Source: Clostridiales bacterium (lineage in GTDB: Bacteria > Bacillota > Clostridia > Christensenellales > UBA3700). From it: a DNA stretch of 64,000 bases. This document shows positions 63,805 to 64,000 of the stretch, one piece after another. The stretch covers positions 220,382 to 284,381 of the forward strand of contig JAAVHS010000015.1 of assembly GCA_014799575.1 (NCBI GenBank), written 5' to 3'. Within the stretch, counting starts at the first letter, position 1. Each line of letters starts with the position of its first letter. The notes beneath the pieces are model-generated. The model was not told the DNA's origin. It made no database searches and saw nothing but the letters and a program-made list of their open reading frames with translations. A program made the translations under genes and the position numbers.

Positions 63805-64000
63805 ATGTCGTATCTCACAATTTTTTCTTTAATAGTTTTGGTGATATGCCTGATTGTAGGAATAGTCAGGGGCTTTATTCGCGCGCTGTTGAGATTTATT
63901 TCCGTGATAGCGACATGCGTCCTTACCGTAGTGCTTACGCCCTACCTTGCGAAACAATTTTACGCTACTCAGTTCGTACAAGACAAGAATATCCCGTCGG
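63805..64000 (+). CDS. CvpA-like membrane protein, N-terminal part (runs off the window)
   Basis: Hand translation: MSYLTIFSLIVLVICLIVGIVRGFIRALLRFISVIATCVLTVVL..., with the RGFxR motif as in CvpA. GGAG SD. Open to the window edge. Confidence 0.45.
   Translation, partial: MSYLTIFSLIVLVICLIVGIVRGFIRALLRFISVIATCVLTVVLTPYLAKQFYATQFVQDKNIPS

Overview
This is a 64-kb chromosomal segment from what looks like a mid-GC Firmicutes/Clostridia-type bacterium. That inference rests on a SigH-like sigma factor, Mini-RNase III, a YyaC-like spore-protease homologue, GGAGG Shine-Dalgarno sites and many lipobox lipoproteins. All calls come from reading the ORF track and the DNA by eye, using motif recognition only. 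No searches were run, so family names are recalled signatures, not database hits. I support about 50 protein genes, one tRNA-Ser(GGA), and several promoters, terminators and short repeats. Content by region: (i) 1-10.4 kb holds housekeeping genes (fba 3' end, lepB, an ACT/UPF0210 pair, rlmB-like, pnuC-like, SigH-like sigma, thyX, mrnC). (ii) 10.5-15.1 kb holds a minus-strand cluster of two class II aldolase-like genes (one with its zinc histidines replaced), an FGGY sugar kinase and an extended class III aminotransferase. (iii) 15.3-23.5 kb holds envelope and miscellaneous genes (membrane M28 peptidase, lysA-like decarboxylase, trypsin-like lipoprotein, RadC/JAB, HD, VanW, Wzz-like). (iv) 23.7-29.1 kb starts with tRNA-Ser, followed by an XRE regulator, a DUF1273/SLOG protein, a translationally coupled zinc-ribbon PP-loop ATPase plus flavodoxin/2x[4Fe-4S] pair, and a BspA-type LRR protein. 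(v) 29.2-32.0 kb holds two FAD enzymes. (vi) The dominant feature is a 20.2-kb, three-gene minus-strand operon (32059-52293) with its own sigma-A-like promoter and terminator. It encodes envelope-anchored proteins of 2625, 1947 and 2163 aa. The first is a lipoprotein built from repeated modules I cannot assign to any family. The other two are tail-anchored proteins with GLUG-like and MBG-like repeats, and the last carries an in-frame embedded lipoprotein unit with its own SD+GTG. (vii) 52.6-64 kb holds an NlpC/P60-SH3 lipoprotein, a DUF815 ATPase, a SIS protein, gap, a lipoprotein, GH27 alpha-galactosidase, a stand-alone NusG paralogue, ftsH, a YyaC-like gene and a cvpA-like 5' end. I saw no CRISPR array, rRNA, transposase, integrase or reverse transcriptase. 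The track counts TTG/GTG as M, so several track starts were moved to a downstream ATG sitting 4-10 nt after a GGAGG-type SD.
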